DNA of 64,000 nucleotides from Utricularia gibba. Lineage: Eukaryota > Plantae > Magnoliophyta. Positions 45,291-60,989 of the stretch are shown one piece after another. Both the position numbers and the translations under genes were made by a program. The stretch is from the NCBI GenBank assembly GCA_002189035.1, contig CM007990.1, forward strand, positions 1,984,001 through 2,048,000, written 5' to 3'. A model generated the notes under the pieces. That model ran no database searches, was not told the DNA's origin, and worked only from the letters and a program-made list of their open reading frames with translations. The stretch's first letter is position 1; every line of letters begins with the position of its first letter.

Positions 45291-48029
45291 TCAACTCAAT
45301 CTGAAAGATGAAACAGCCTGCAGGAAGACCATGAAATTATATGTAATATTAAGAATCCATATCCGACGATAAACCTTTAAGGCAAGGAAACACATTGCTG
45401 TCGGTGGAACCAAGAGCAGAAATTAATACATGCCAGTTCATTGAGACTAACCTTGCGAATCATGCTGCCAAATTTTTCCTCCTCTTCATCGACAAACTGT
45501 ATCAAAAAGTGAGTGAATTAAAATTGGGTTCATCTGGGCTTCAACCATGATTCTGAAGGACAGGCTTCATCCAGCTTATCATTAAGAATGCGCAACAGCA
45601 GAGTAGGACGGCAGGACTGACCTGGCCGGTGAGTGTATACAATCTGTTGTAAAAGCCATTCTTTGATATCCCGAGTACAGTAAGCAAATTTCTTCTACTC
45701 TCTCCTGGATTCTTCAATGTGTATTCTATGTAATATAAGCCTGGTTCATAAGCTTATGATGTCAGATGGCACCAACGTACATCCTACTTGTAATAGGATG
45801 TCATCTTAAATGAAATCAGCTACTCTGGTGGTGGTTGTGAAAATTAAAATGATCAGTTTTTTGAATCAAAGGAAAAAGAATTTAACCATTAGCTGCTTTG
45901 CTGTCGATGAGTTTTGCAGCAACACCCGGGGGTCTCTGCCAACTTCTGTCCAATCCACCAACCTGAAAAATCCAGACAGTGCATACAAGAAAAGTTTTCT
46001 TCTGCATATTCGGAAGATCCTCAAGGTTCATTTTAGTTCTTCGTTTCAATGCAGTATTGAATGTTATTAGAGAAACTATATAGCATAAGCCATACTAGAT
46101 TTTCTGCAAATTCATCCACTTTCCCGAAGGACCCCAATCTGGTGAAATCAGCACCAAGTCCTGTGATCACTAAGCTTACTGTATAGCAAGAAAATGAACC
46201 CTGTTCAGTGAGTAATGTTTTATTACAGAAATGCTCGTTAATAGAATTGATTCACACCGTTTGAGCTGGAAGCTTCTGGTGGATAAAATGCAATAACAGA
46301 TCGAACTCTATCATCTTCTTTAGTTCCTTGCATCCAGTCTGCTATGCTATCAGCCAATTAAAATTCCAATGCGTGGGACCATTAAGGTATGCTGAGATTT
46401 CAGCCAGAATTAAGTAGATATAGCTACTCTCATTTCTATCACAGTGAAGCTAATACCACATACTGAAACCTCAACAATGAAAAATTATGTCAACCAAATA
46501 TTTACTGTGATTCATTTTAAAATATTGGCTGAGGAAACCTTTTCTACTGTCATTGGTAGAGACTGATTTTTCAACCTTTAAAAACCTGTCTTCACACACT
46601 TCACATAGTGCAAATCGACTTGAAGACCTCAAACTGAACAAGAAAACGGGCACACAGGAAATTATCACCTTCCGGTATGTTGATTGTAAACATGTTTGCT
46701 TCATCAATATAAACACGAAATTTCTCTGGTAAATCTGGATAACACAAAACTACCATGAGAATAAATTGCATACACGAACCAAAGTCTTTTATCCTCAAAA
46801 TAATATGAGATAACAGTGTTACCAGTTTCTGTAGCCATAGAAACAAGAGGAAAAGCTGAGGAAGCCAAAACTGCCTGAAATAAGAGCTCTCTTCTATCCA
46901 ATTCTTTCCCAGCAGCCGCACTGTTACTAAAGGGTTTTAGTGCTTATTTGAAGGGAAACAAAGGCAACTCTCGAAAGTGAACGGAAGCAGGAGAAAAAAT
47001 CATACTGTTAAGGAGTAATATGGTATTTAGGCAGCTAAACACCAATTCCAACAAAAAAAAGTATTTTGTTTAAGTAATCCAGGAGTCAAATGACTTGTTT
47101 ACTCATAAGTTGCCCCTCATCCTTTCCCTACTGGTAACTCGCTAGTTCATTCTCCTGCTTGGCTTGGCATTGTCGATGAATTTTTTGAAGTTATGCTAAG
47201 TTTTTTACTCAATAGCACTATGAATGAGCTGGAATTTTCCTCAGCCTCAGAACTAAACTAATGAGTTAACATCCACTAACTACTAGGAATATGTCTCACA
47301 ACTATTAACCCATTTAAAGCTCATCAACAACAGAAAATACACGCATACACCCACATGCCTGAATGATGATATGTTCGTTAAATACAAATGCAAATTGAAG
47401 TTTGACACTAGTATCGTTGAAAGAGTATCCATGATAATGTTGCTGTAAAATACGCAGAGGGCTGAATAAAAATCACTAAACCCTTGAAAGCAGGAGCCAT
47501 GAAAGAAGAATCAATAGAACAAAAATGAAGAATGACAAGATTCATGCTCAAATAATATCACAAACCAACCTTCCCTTCAAAATGAGAAAGAATATCAAAA
47601 TTGACACACGTTTGAACAACAAATATTAGCTAGCCTCCAAAAAACCAGGATTCGAGATTTCATTTCACTCTTTCAACATGGTTTTCATTCAGCACTTGGT
47701 GACCAACTGGTTTCAGTTACAAATCAAAGCATACTGATAAAACATAACAGCACATTGCTATTACTCGTACAACAGATCAAAACTTCAATATGTTTTACCA
47801 TTTTATACGTTCAGAAACCTCTCCATCCTTGCGCATTATCCCGTTGTGATTCAAGGTCTTCTTTAGCGCTGTAGAGACCCGTATCATAAGAAACACAAAA
47901 CAATGATTTTACGAAGTACTGGGAGATGAAAAAAGATGAGGGAATGGAGAAACCTTGTTGTACGAAAGAACTCCTGGCGATGAGCAGCGAGGAACTGCGA
48001 TGAAGGGGAGAAGAAGAAAGAAGAGCCAT
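45291..48029 (-). CDS. PPD3: PsbP domain-containing protein 3 (thylakoid lumen), 246 aa, 10 exons: 48029-47954, 47868-47799, 46920-46823, 46734-46669, 46338-46258, 46178-46096, 45962-45887, 45740-45622, 45496-45452, 45317-45291
   Basis: Tat-like DRRELL; ITGLGADFTRLGSFGKV; GLDRSWQRPPGVAAKLID; YYIEYTLKNPGE...YNRLYTLTGQ. The ten GT-AG exons sum to 741 bp in frame. Exons 1-2 are less certain. Confidence 0.9.
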
Positions 48030-49099
48030 TGGTTTTGCCTTTCGTGATGACGCTGGAAATTCTACTGGAATTCTCCCCTTCGCTCAATTTCTAATCTCCA
48101 AGTTGGATGGGTACGACGGTTACAAATTAATACAATATTATAATTCATTAAAAATATTATTACCAATGTTCCACTTCTTTTTTGTTTTTCCATGTCTATC
48201 TAATTTCTTGAAAATCACGAAAACAATCATCCTACCTCATTTTTTAAAATGTTCTTTCTTTAATAATTTACAAAAATAACATGGTGGGAAAAAATTAATT
48301 ATACTCATTTTCTCTAAAAAAAATCAATATAAGTTATGTTTGTGAATGATTAATGCAAAACTTAAAAGGACAACAAAACCTAATATTATAGAGGAAGAAA
48401 AACAATTGCTATCATTCTTCCTAGGAGTTGATGCCATTTTTAGCATGACAAAGTCATGCAAGGAAAAATCATAAAAAATGTCCAATAAAAAAGTAATTAT
48501 GGAAGACTGCTCATGTGACATTAAAAAATATTTAAAATTCTTAAACGCCATAACATTTGATAACATTCATGTGACATGACTTCTCTCGGGTGAGCTCTCA
48601 CTACGAGTTTTTTTATTTTTTAAGTGTCTTTGTTGCTATTGGAAAGCTTTGAGAAAATGAATGTCTAAAGTGGTGAGTTACAAAAGGGTTGTTGGGGAGA
48701 GGAGTCTCCTCCACCAAAGAAGATGTTGGAGAATAGACACCATGGGGCTAGCTGGAGGATCGCAACCCCATCATTCATGCTTTAGGAATCCCATCAAGCA
48801 ACATCTTCTTTGAACCCAAGTCCAACATTGATAGTACATAAATTTTCCCGTTTTATGATAAAAAAAATTATGACTTTTCATGATGTTTTAGTTGTTTAGT
48901 TTATAATTTCGAATGTTTTTCCAAAACTTAGGGAACATATGAATTTTGTGTACAAATGGGCTAAATCCTTCAATTTAGCCCATCTTATGTGATTAACCCT
49001 CTTTTGAGTCTAGCAACAAGTTCCAAAAATCAGGGTAGGTAAGATGGATTTCGTGTAAGCATTAGGTTGCAGAGGAAAAAATAACATGAAGGAAGGAAC

Positions 49100-52000
49100 A
49101 ATAAGTGCACTGTTGCAACAACAATCTGCAAGTCAGGGGTAGGAACATCATGTAATTTACAAAGATGTTGCCTTCATATAGAAGTCAATGATTGCACAAT
49201 ACACTTTAGAAGAAGCTGTTAAATCTCATGCAATCACCAATTTTTTATAGTGGAAGATGTCCAATGACAAGGAGGTAGTTGTCCAAATCAATGAATTACA
49301 TCATCTCTTGGACAAACATGACTGCTCTAAACATTAATTTGTCCAAAGTTTGTCAATCATGAATATCACATGCGAATGTCCTCAAAAATAAATAAGGGAG
49401 GTACAAATCTTGCTCGAAAACTTCTGATTATAGTTCTCATGTTGTCTTCACTCTGACTAATGATGGTATAAAAAAGAAACATGGGCATTGTTTCGTCTAT
49501 GGTAAGGGATAGCACTTTGCAGCACAATATAGGCACAAGAAGACAGAAAACTTTGAAATGAGTCTCTCAAAGCCAATGTTAACATGACTCAAGGGAATGA
49601 TAATGATGATGTCATTGTCATCATGTTCGATTAATTGAACCTAATCGAGGCGAGTGGTGAGTGGATTATGGACTCAAAAGCTAACCATCATGCTTGCTTG
49701 AGTAATGAGTATTTCTCATCCTATAGTCCACTCATGGTGACAATCATGTGATCAAGTTCGCAAACAAGTCTACTATACTAGTGCCTAGAAAGGGAGTAAT
49801 CACTCTAAAGTTTATCTTAGGGAAGACTACCCTTTAGAAGGATGTGTTGCATGCTTCTGTCATAAAGACTAATATCATCTTAGCTATCTAGATGGATAAA
49901 TGTAACCTAAATATCAACTTAGACAATGAGGTTGTCAAGAGTTGTATGTGAGAAACATCTCTATTATTTCTGATAATAAAATTAATTATACTCATATAAT
50001 GTGTTCTTTTGATATTTGGCATGTTAAACTAAGTCATGTTAATTTTTCCTACATAAAAAGGATGCAATGATTAGATTTAATTGTGAAATTGCATGATTTA
50101 CCTAACAAATGTGAGATTTGTGTAGAGACAAAAATGATTAAAAATTCATATATTTCTTGAATAGAGAATCTGAATTACTTATATTGATTCATTCGGATGG
50201 ATGTGATTATTTGATGTGTGTATCTAGAGGTAGAAATAAGTTCATAGTTACTTTTATTGATGATTATTCTAGATATGCTCATGTATATTTGTTAAAACAT
50301 TAATTTGAAGCATTTGATGAGTTTATGCTATTTAAAACTAAGGCGAAAAATCAATTTGACAAGAAAATAAAGAAAGTTAAATTTGATAAAGGTGGTGAGT
50401 ATATGTTATTCAAAGATTTCTGTGAAAAGCATGAAATAATACAAACGAGGACTCCTCCCTACTCCCCTGAATTGAATGGAGTGGCTTAAAGGAAGAATAA
50501 GACATTAAAGGAAATGATGAATTCAATGCCTAATTACTTTCATCACTTCAGATGCAATGCAGGAGAAAGCGATTCTTACAGCTTATCATGTTCAAAACAA
50601 AATCTCATACAAGAAAACAAGCAAAACTACATATAAGATATGCAAAGACTACTCACCAAATCTTTAATATTTAAGAGTGTGGGTATTTAGCAAAGTTGAT
50701 GTTACCTGATACTAAGAAAAGAAAGATTGGATAAAAAACATATGATTGTTAGTTGATAGGATACGCACAATGTAGTGTTGCATATCGATTTATTATGCCA
50801 AGAGTATTGCTCTTAATCAACATACAATAGTAGAAACAAAGAATACAGAATTGTTTGAGTACATCTTTCCTCTAGTAAAAAATCAACTTCATGGTGGGGA
50901 TAAGACACCTACAAATGAAAATGATGAAACTAGAGAACCCTTGAAGGAATTGTCTTTGAGATGAAGCAAAAGGCAAAGGATAGAGTTTAACTTCAGTGAT
51001 GACTTCTATGTGTATCTCATCAGTGGAGATCCTCTTACCTATCATGATGCAATTATTTCCCTAAATGCTCTATTCTGAATGGAGTCCATTCATCGTGAGA
51101 TGGATTTTATCCCTAAAAACAATGTATGGGAATTAATGAATCTACCCCTACGGCAAAGCCAATTGATAACAAATGCATCTTTAGGAAAAAGTTCCTTGCA
51201 AATGGAAAAGTGGAATGATTTTCATATTGGGAAGAAGAGCTGTGTGCTAGAAATGCATTAAAAACACCTTGATAGCTAGATCAACAATGGAAGCATAGCT
51301 CATTGCATTAGATCTAGCACGAATTGAGGTTGAGTGGTTGAGAAACTAAATAATGAGAATCCCACTTAGGCAAAATGAATCATTCTCACTAGTGTAGTAT
51401 TGTGATTGTCAAGCAGCAATTGTCATTGCTAAGAATCGATCCTATAATAGAATACACATGCAAATGAGGAATAGAACATTGAAACAACTGTTAAAAATCG
51501 GTGTGATATACATTGAATATGTGAGAACGTTAGTGAATTTGGCCAATCCACTGACCAAATGTCTTAATAGAGTGAAGATCTATGAGCTTTTGTAGGAAAT
51601 GAGATCAATGTTGATGAGCAAACGTCAATGATGGTAACCCAACCTGTGAGAGGAGAAACACCTTGATCAGATTCATATAGGTAATAACAAGTCATTGCTA
51701 GTTTTGAGAACACAACTCAAGGCAAGTGAGGGCTGAGTATTTACTCTTAATGTCTCTTTAGCTGATGAAAATCAGTAACACATATAAGAGGGGTATACTA
51801 GGCAGACTATATAAGTATGAGAAGTAGACGCTCCTATGAGATATATATGATCTTTAGAGCATTTATGAATCAGCAAGAATTACACGGGGCTTATGGTGCA
51901 CTTGAGTGTCAAACGGTCAACAATTGTGGGGGTAGGCTTGATGTGATTGACAATATCTCTATTTAAATAGTATTCGGTTCATATAGATATAATTTTACCA

Positions 52001-52352
52001 TCTACTTAGTGATACATGCATAGTGCAATCAATGAATTGATTCATAATCGAGTTAGAGCTTGCATGACTTTGTACTTCTCCAATATGTGGAGGATTGTTG
52101 GAATTTTGGTATTAGAGAAAGAGTGTGAAATCCTATATTGCTAATTAAATTCCATTTCAACAAGTTTATATGGAATGATGCTCTTTGAGTCTTGATAAGT
52201 TTGAGAACAAGTTGAGCCTCATGTGCATACATGGTCTAATTTTTTAGATCGGGTTGGGTTTCCGAAAGACCCCGAAACCTAAAAGGCTACACGCACAGGG
52301 GGTCCAAATCCAATCCCCAAACCCTCTAGTTATCGTGTGTGGGTGGGCCGAG
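49100..52352 (+). mobile_element. Ty1/Copia remnant with most of RT deleted; 3' LTR starts at 52096
   Basis: Protease EWIMDS..NHHAC; integrase TFIDDYSRY..VYLLK and KFDKGGEY; RT start EMDFIPKNNVWELMNLP; RNaseH YVRT..NLANPLTK; PPT atgtggaggat followed by TGTTGG. Confidence 0.82.
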
Positions 52353-54000
52353 TGATAAACGAAAAATTATGCAACGTCGTTGAATTGCAAATTTATCTAT
52401 AAAATAAATTTATAAACATAATTCATATCCAATCATATGAAAAATATAAGTATAGTAGAATACAGTCGAACACAAGGAGCTAGGTACTTGCTGTGTGAAG
52501 TCAATGCATTTAGTTTATGTCATGTATAAGAGATTAAATCTAAGATAAGTGTAAGGCGGGTTTATGATAAAATGCAGTAAAGAGATAATAGGCAAATTCA
52601 ACAATTGACTAGAATAAGGTAAGGCAATGCCTTAAAGCTTTCAACAGTGTTTTACAAGTGAAAATCGACACTGGAGTCAGAATCGAATTTCAGTTCATGA
52701 AAATGGTCGGATGTGTTGGATTCGGGTATGGTTTGGATGGTTGTTTGATGTGGTTGACAGAAACGAAGAGAGGCGGAGATTTGTTACGTGGAAACCGCCG
52801 GAGGACGGAAAAACCACGGAACTATAGAAGCTCGCCGAAGAAAATCTTCACTAGACGGAGTTGAGGAAAGAAATACCAGTTGGAAAGCTTGGGATCCAAC
52901 CCTTTTTCGCTCAGGACTTCTCCTACTTATAGGTGAGGTCGATTTGACCGAATCTTGACTTATGTAGTTGCCAGTTGCTTTCTACGCCTGTACTCTGCCA
53001 TAATTCGGCCACTTTTCACACTATGTTTATGTCACATATCGGTTTGCCGACCAGTACTATCCCGTTAGGGCACCTTTTGGCAGCTTTTCAGAGACTGATT
53101 ATCCATATCCGATTTATACCCCATCAGAGTGGTATAATCATTGCTAAACTTAACACATCCAACCCAACAATCATTCATCTAACAATGAAGGATTCAAGTC
53201 TATCTAAACCCTTCTTTTCCTAACTTTTGATCTAACTCTAGTTAGATTGCTTATGATGAACATAACTATTTCCCCTCCTGGGTCTACCTTGGTTTGATAA
53301 GAAAATTATTTGATTATCGAGCTAATGTAGTCTAATAAGCAATAATCATGCACACTCCATTCTTCCTCAAAGCATTACGTGTATTTAGCCACTCATGCTA
53401 AAGTAAAATGAAACAAGTTCATAACATAGCAATCAAAACATGTTCATGTCGTAGTGCATCAACCAAAAAAGAAACATAAATATAAATATAAACAAAAGAC
53501 GAAAACTACTCCCGACTAGAAATAGTATTCCTAAATAACAAAGAAAAGTTTAGAGGTAAGGTTGAATCCTAGTTTCATATTTTTCATACTTCATGGTTCT
53601 ATTACTCTTTCCTACTAAATGTCTCCCTCCCCCTTCTCTCCCCTCCAAAGTCTCTAACATGTTCTTCAATGGGGAGATATTTTCTCATCCCTCATCATGT
53701 CCAAAATCCACTTTTTGTCATTTTAGGATTTGATATCTTCCATTTTTAGTTTTTGTCCCCATTTCTCGCCATCTCCACTATATACTTTTGACTCCTTGGG
53801 ACTTGGACTACTAAAACATGCTACATTAATCAAGAGGATTATTAGGACTAAGATTAGAACTATTTAGTCTCAATTAAGAATAAAAGATGCAAACAATGTA
53901 ACTAATCATAAAAATATAAAAATACACAACAAAATCTGAATTTTATAGTAAAATATTAATTATTTTATTATCCTTAAATGCTCAAAAATATGTGTTATCA
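52353..54000. mobile_element. Gypsy-like solo LTR (1648 bp) inserted in the Copia 3' LTR
   Basis: TGATAAAC...GTTATCA termini. 5-bp TSD CCGAG / TCGAG. Confidence 0.8.
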
Positions 54001-54252
54001 TCGAGCCACTTTTTTTGTTTCAAGTCAATTAAGGTTAGACATCTGTACATTCAACTATGATCAACTAATTTCTATAGACCAAGATGTTGTTCTCGACAGA
54101 TATCTTGTATCTTGGTATGGATCGAAAAATCCTTTATATTAGATGTATACCTACTTGAGATTTTGATCATTTTGGTGTTAGATTTAGAACAGAATGTTTG
54201 TTGCTTGTTCCAGGAAAAAGAATTGAGCAACCTTGGGATTAAAAAAAATTTA

Positions 54253-54756
54253 GGGAAAAATCATTTTTTAAGTCACGTTGTTTTACCTATTTTCATTTTA
54301 TAATCAAACACTTTAATTTATGCAAAATACAGTCAATAAGTTTATCAATAAATTCAATTTATGGCATATCGGTTAAAAACTATTTTAAAAATTTTTAAAA
54401 TTTGAGATAAATATTTTTAAAGAGAATTAAAATTTAATATACATTTTTAAAAAATATTGTAAATTTTTAAAAATTATTCAAACTATTAAAAAATTAAAAG
54501 TATCATAGAAGAAATATTAAAAATTGAGAAAATTAATTTTTAAAAATTTAAAATATTTTTAAAAATATATATTGGATTTTAGTTCTATTTAAAAATATAT
54601 ATCTCAAATTATAAAATATTTTAAAATATTTTTGGACCGAAATGCCATAAATTGAGTTTATTTGTAAACTTGTTGATTGAATTTTGTACAAGTTAAAGTA
54701 TTTGACTATAAAATGAAAATAACTGAAAAATTGTAACTTAAAAAATGATTTTTCCC
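54253..54756. mobile_element. MULE-type foldback MITE (504 bp)
   Basis: TIRs GGGAAAAATCATTTTTTAAGT over at least 125 bp. Perfect 9-bp TSD AAAAATTTA. Confidence 0.92.
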
Positions 54757-54944
54757 AAAAATTTATCAACCTTATGATCAAATGCAAGATTAGAATGAAG
54801 GAATGGCGCTTTTGGGTCCTGCAGCTATTGGTGTACAACTGTCCGTCCATATATATATATTTTTTTTCAATAACTACGTTTCCCAAAAAGTATCCTCTCT
54901 TTTATCGAATTCCTCAACTTTTTTCGGAAAAAAAAAACAAGAAA

Positions 54945-56464
54945 TATCCCAAGTGCTATTACACAAGAAATTCAAGTGATGGTAAATTTCGAATTTAACT
55001 AAATTTTCATTAAAATCTGAATATGTTTGTCATACTATGATTTTTTAGGCCAACAATTGTGTGAATAACTCTTCACAACAACCTCTTATCATTACTCAAA
55101 ATGAGTCTAAAGTTATTCCAAGTGCAACAGTGAAAACAAATCAGGTTATTATTTAATCTATATTTTTTATACGTGTATTTACGTATATTTTATTATATAT
55201 ATTGATAATTAGGTAAAACGACCATGCAAAATGTTGAGTACACGGGGAAGAGGTGGAGGCATGGTTCAAAATGAAGGAAATAAAAGACATCATGAAAAGG
55301 TATAGTTGGGTGTTTATACAAAGGAAAATTTAGAGTTAAAATATCAAAATGAGATTTATATTTGATTGTTGTTAAATTTTCTTGAAAGATTTAAAGTGTA
55401 ATAGTAATTGAAAGAATATATCAAAGTTTAGTGTACACTTGTGATTTACATGAAGTTTCTTTTTTCTCCATTTTATATTACTTTCAAAGATTCTCTAAAA
55501 CAGAAACATTTGATTTTAAAATAAAGATGAAAATGCTCTATCGTCACCATAATTATATTAGAATTGTCTTTAGTAAATAATGTTGAATGAATGAGTAGTA
55601 TTGATGATAGTACTTTTTTGGTTGCATTTTTTACAGACCAAATTACAACCGGTACATAAGAAAAAGAAGGGAACCTCTTCAAGTATAACAATGTTCCAGG
55701 TTTGTAACAATTATTGATGTTAATGCTAATTCAAGTTTTTCCATAACCAATTTTTTTTATTTTGTAAATATCACAAACTATGACACCTGTTAATGCACCT
55801 ATCATTATCAAAGGAGGTCAAAATTTCATCACACTTTCAAACTTGAAAAATTCAGTGAATGTTTTCCATGCCAAAGATGACACTAATTAAACATATGATT
55901 GTAATATTACTTATGTTGTTTACTAACTTTTGTAACAATGGTAATTATATTGTCATATGTATGTTTTTTATTTGATTGCTCATACTCTTATTTCAAGGTA
56001 TTTGAATGATAAATTTTGCTGCATTGGGAAAATATTTAATATAATGCTTATTATAAAAAGTAATTTTAGACATATTCAATGTTATTTTTAAAATTTTGAG
56101 CTTATAATTCAAGTTCCATGTGGTAAAAATAAAAGGAAAAACATGTTATTATATTTTTTAAAAGTTGACCTTTTCTGATTTTGTAAAAAATTAATCAATT
56201 TTGATATTTTAATGGCATTAGTGAAATGATTAATTGGTTTTAATGAAATAAAATAACTTTGGTGGAACTAATGAAAATCAGACATATGTTCAAGGGTTTT
56301 AACGTAAATTTATTACTAAATCGAATATACTGTATTTAAACCGGTCTTATTACCGGTCTAATGACATAAAAAACCGATTTTTATGAATCATTTAAAATTG
56401 AAACGGTTCATATATATTTAATGATTTTAGTGAAACAAAAAAAGTTTGATGGCAAAAGTGAAAA
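54945..56464 (+). mobile_element. 1.5-kb end fragment of the MuDR element (no transposase core, no second TIR)
   Basis: Inverted copy of 1398-2917. Confidence 0.88.
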
Positions 56465-57112
56465 CGATTACGACTGAATCAACATCCCAGTGATGGGCCG
56501 GGAAATATAGCTGGTGTCAATTATATATCAATTACATAATGATTCATGACCAACATACAACTGTCGGATCCGTCCAATGGCCTTAAGAAATGCCCGGCCC
56601 ACGCCTTTGTATGAGTGCCTGGTGGTCGACCCATCACTACTCTTGATTCATCAACCCACGGTTGTTCTGTTCCGTTCAATCCATCCGTCAAGGTTCGGCA
56701 AAGGATTTTGGAGGGTGATTTCTGCACGACTTTTTGAACTGGTTTTGGAGATGGCCCGTGGACGTCGGTGGGGGATTGGTTGAGTCAAGGGATCCTTATC
56801 TGGCTCTTAGTCATATGGAAATCAGTTTCTATACCAAACCCGTCATTTCAAATGTAACAGTTGAGTGGTGGAGCCAACCATTGCCCCGAAAGTTTTTTAT
56901 ATGAACGAGTGGGTTGAATTTTGGATAGCTTTCTTGCTCTGGAACCGGTGCCTAATTCCCCCCTTCTCTTTGGGATGCAATCGGACAGCTTTTGACATTT
57001 GTTTTCGTGGTCAGAAGATTGGTCACCTACTCATTTCACGTCAACGATAAAAAATTCATCGTCTACGCGGAAACTGTTACTTGCGGATCCTCTCGAGGTA
57101 TCTTTTTGTGCC

Positions 57113-57119
57113 TATAAAT
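57113..57119 (+). promoter_or_regulatory. Probable TATA box of the peroxidase
   Basis: ccTATAAATtgg about 85-90 bp upstream of the ATG at 57203; mirrored in copy A. Confidence 0.65.
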
Positions 57120-57202
57120 TGGCATGAACCCCATGCAAAAACCATAAGCCATTTGATTGCAATACAAACCAGTGGCATCGCTGAATTCTCTTGGCAACAG
57201 CA

Positions 57203-58332
<1,130 letters not shown>

Positions 58333-59546
58333 AACACCAAGTTCTTCTGAATCTCAAAGCAGAGATCGCACACCCTTCCATTGCTGTTTTCCGTATGGTA
58401 TTGGCTTGCTTGTACTCACTCCTATTTTATTGCAAAAATATCATGATTCCTACAACTGATCCCCCAATATCATAATAATAACAATAAAAAATATTTTAAA
58501 AATAAGATTCAACACATTTTTTTAATTTTACTCATGATTTTGCACTGAATTGATTTTTTCGATTGTAAAAAAATAAAAAAATATCTGAAGTTGATATTTC
58601 TAAATTTTTATAATTTTTTATTATGTATAAAAATTATTAAATTAATTCAACAAATCACAGATTAAGATTGAATTGGATCTAATCTCGAGTTAAACTCTGA
58701 ATTTTAAAACACTTCATTATACTAAAATTTTTAACACCCTCCATCAATGAAAATGTCTTGACCACGTAGTTATATTTCTTGTAATGACATCAAGTCCCTT
58801 AAAAAAGGTTACATTGATATTTTTTAATAGTGTAAAATTAATAATACTCATAATAATCAAAATTCACAATTTTAATAATATATATATATATATCTTATAT
58901 GTGGGGGACAGATCATTTTCATACAGCATTAAAGACTAAAAAATGCTACACCAAGATTAATATAAATTCCATACTTGTCACATTGCCATTGGAAAAGGAA
59001 TTTTTTTCAGAATTGAACAACCAACCTGGTGGACCTGAGGAATTTAAAGACGACTGATGGTGTCACACGGGAACAGTGCATTGTGCATGATTAAATAGAT
59101 TGCAAGGGATTTCCTATGTTTTGCATAATTTACATTTATTTGTCTATTTTTCCTATAAATACACTACGATACTCCTGTTATATTCACTTTTGAATGGAAT
59201 AACGTGGGAGCTGCTTTTTTCTTCGATCATATGATTTTCTTTTCATAGTGTGGTGAGCTCGGAGGAGCCACACATCAATCACCTGGCAGCGAATATTGGT
59301 GACATTCATGAGAACCACAAATGCTACTACTCATACACCTGGAGGACAAATCATCATAGACATATCTTCAATACAGAATGCATTTCTGAAAGGATATGTC
59401 AATCATGCTGATCCACTACATCTTAGTGGATTCAATCATTTAAACGTGACTCTAGTAAGTGAACTACTGAACAAAAAAACTTTTTCAGTTGGCGGAGGGG
59501 TTCGATTGGCATTCGGAGCTAAGAACAAGTTAGAGAACATCCTCAT

Positions 59547-59768
59547 GAAAAAAATTACTACGACAACCTCTTGGCTCGCCGCGGACTCCTCCATTCCGAC
59601 CAACAGCTCTTCAACGGCGGGTCAACGGATTCTATTGTTCGTTTTTACAGCGGCAATGAAGCTGCTTTTAGGAGAGATTTTGGTGCGGCGATGGTGAAAA
59701 TGGGGAACCTCAGCCCCCTCACTTGAACTACCGGAGAGATTAGAAGGAACTGCCACTTCGTGAACTGA
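59547..59768 (+). pseudogene. Peroxidase 3'-end fragment
   Basis: Copy of 58111-58332 with a premature stop (GGA to TGA in cccctcactTGAact), fused behind Copia gag sequence. Confidence 0.9.
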
Positions 59769-59896
59769 AACCTCAAGTGCTTCTGAATCTCGAAGCAGAG
59801 ATCGCACACCCTTTGATTGTTGTTTTCCAAATGGTATTGGCTCGCTTGTACTCATATTTTATTGCAAAATATCATGATTCCTACATCTCATCATCA

Positions 59897-60434
<538 letters not shown>

Positions 60435-60989
60435 GTTTTAAAATAAAAGATTCAACACATTTTTTTAATTTACTCATGATTTTGCATTGAATCGATCTTT
60501 TATATATTGTAAAAATATTATAAAAAAAATACGAAATATCTAAAGTTAATACTTCTAAATTTCATAGTTTTTTATTATCTATAGAAATTATTGAATGAAT
60601 TCCAACAAGTCATAGATTTATATTGCATTAGATCTAATCCTGAGTTAAACTCCAGATTTTAAAACACTTCATTATACTAAAATTTTTAAAACACTACATC
60701 AATGAAAATGTCATGACCACGGAGTTATATTTCTTGTTATGACGGTCCCGTAAAACAGGTTACATTGGTATTTTTTAATAGTGAAAAAATTAATAATACT
60801 CCAAGTTTATAATACTCCAAGTCCTGTATAATAATCAAAATTCACAATTTTAATAATATATATGCAGCATTAAAGACTAAAAAATGTTACTCCAAGTTTA
60901 ATATAAATTCCATACTTGTCACATTTCCATTGGAAAAGGAATTTTTTTCCGAATTGAAAACTCGAGGACAATAAAATCCATGAACTCGG

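Noticed and set aside
59296-59697. 133-aa ORF as a novel gene
   Set aside because: Chimera of degenerate Copia gag and an out-of-frame peroxidase fragment across the duplication junction.
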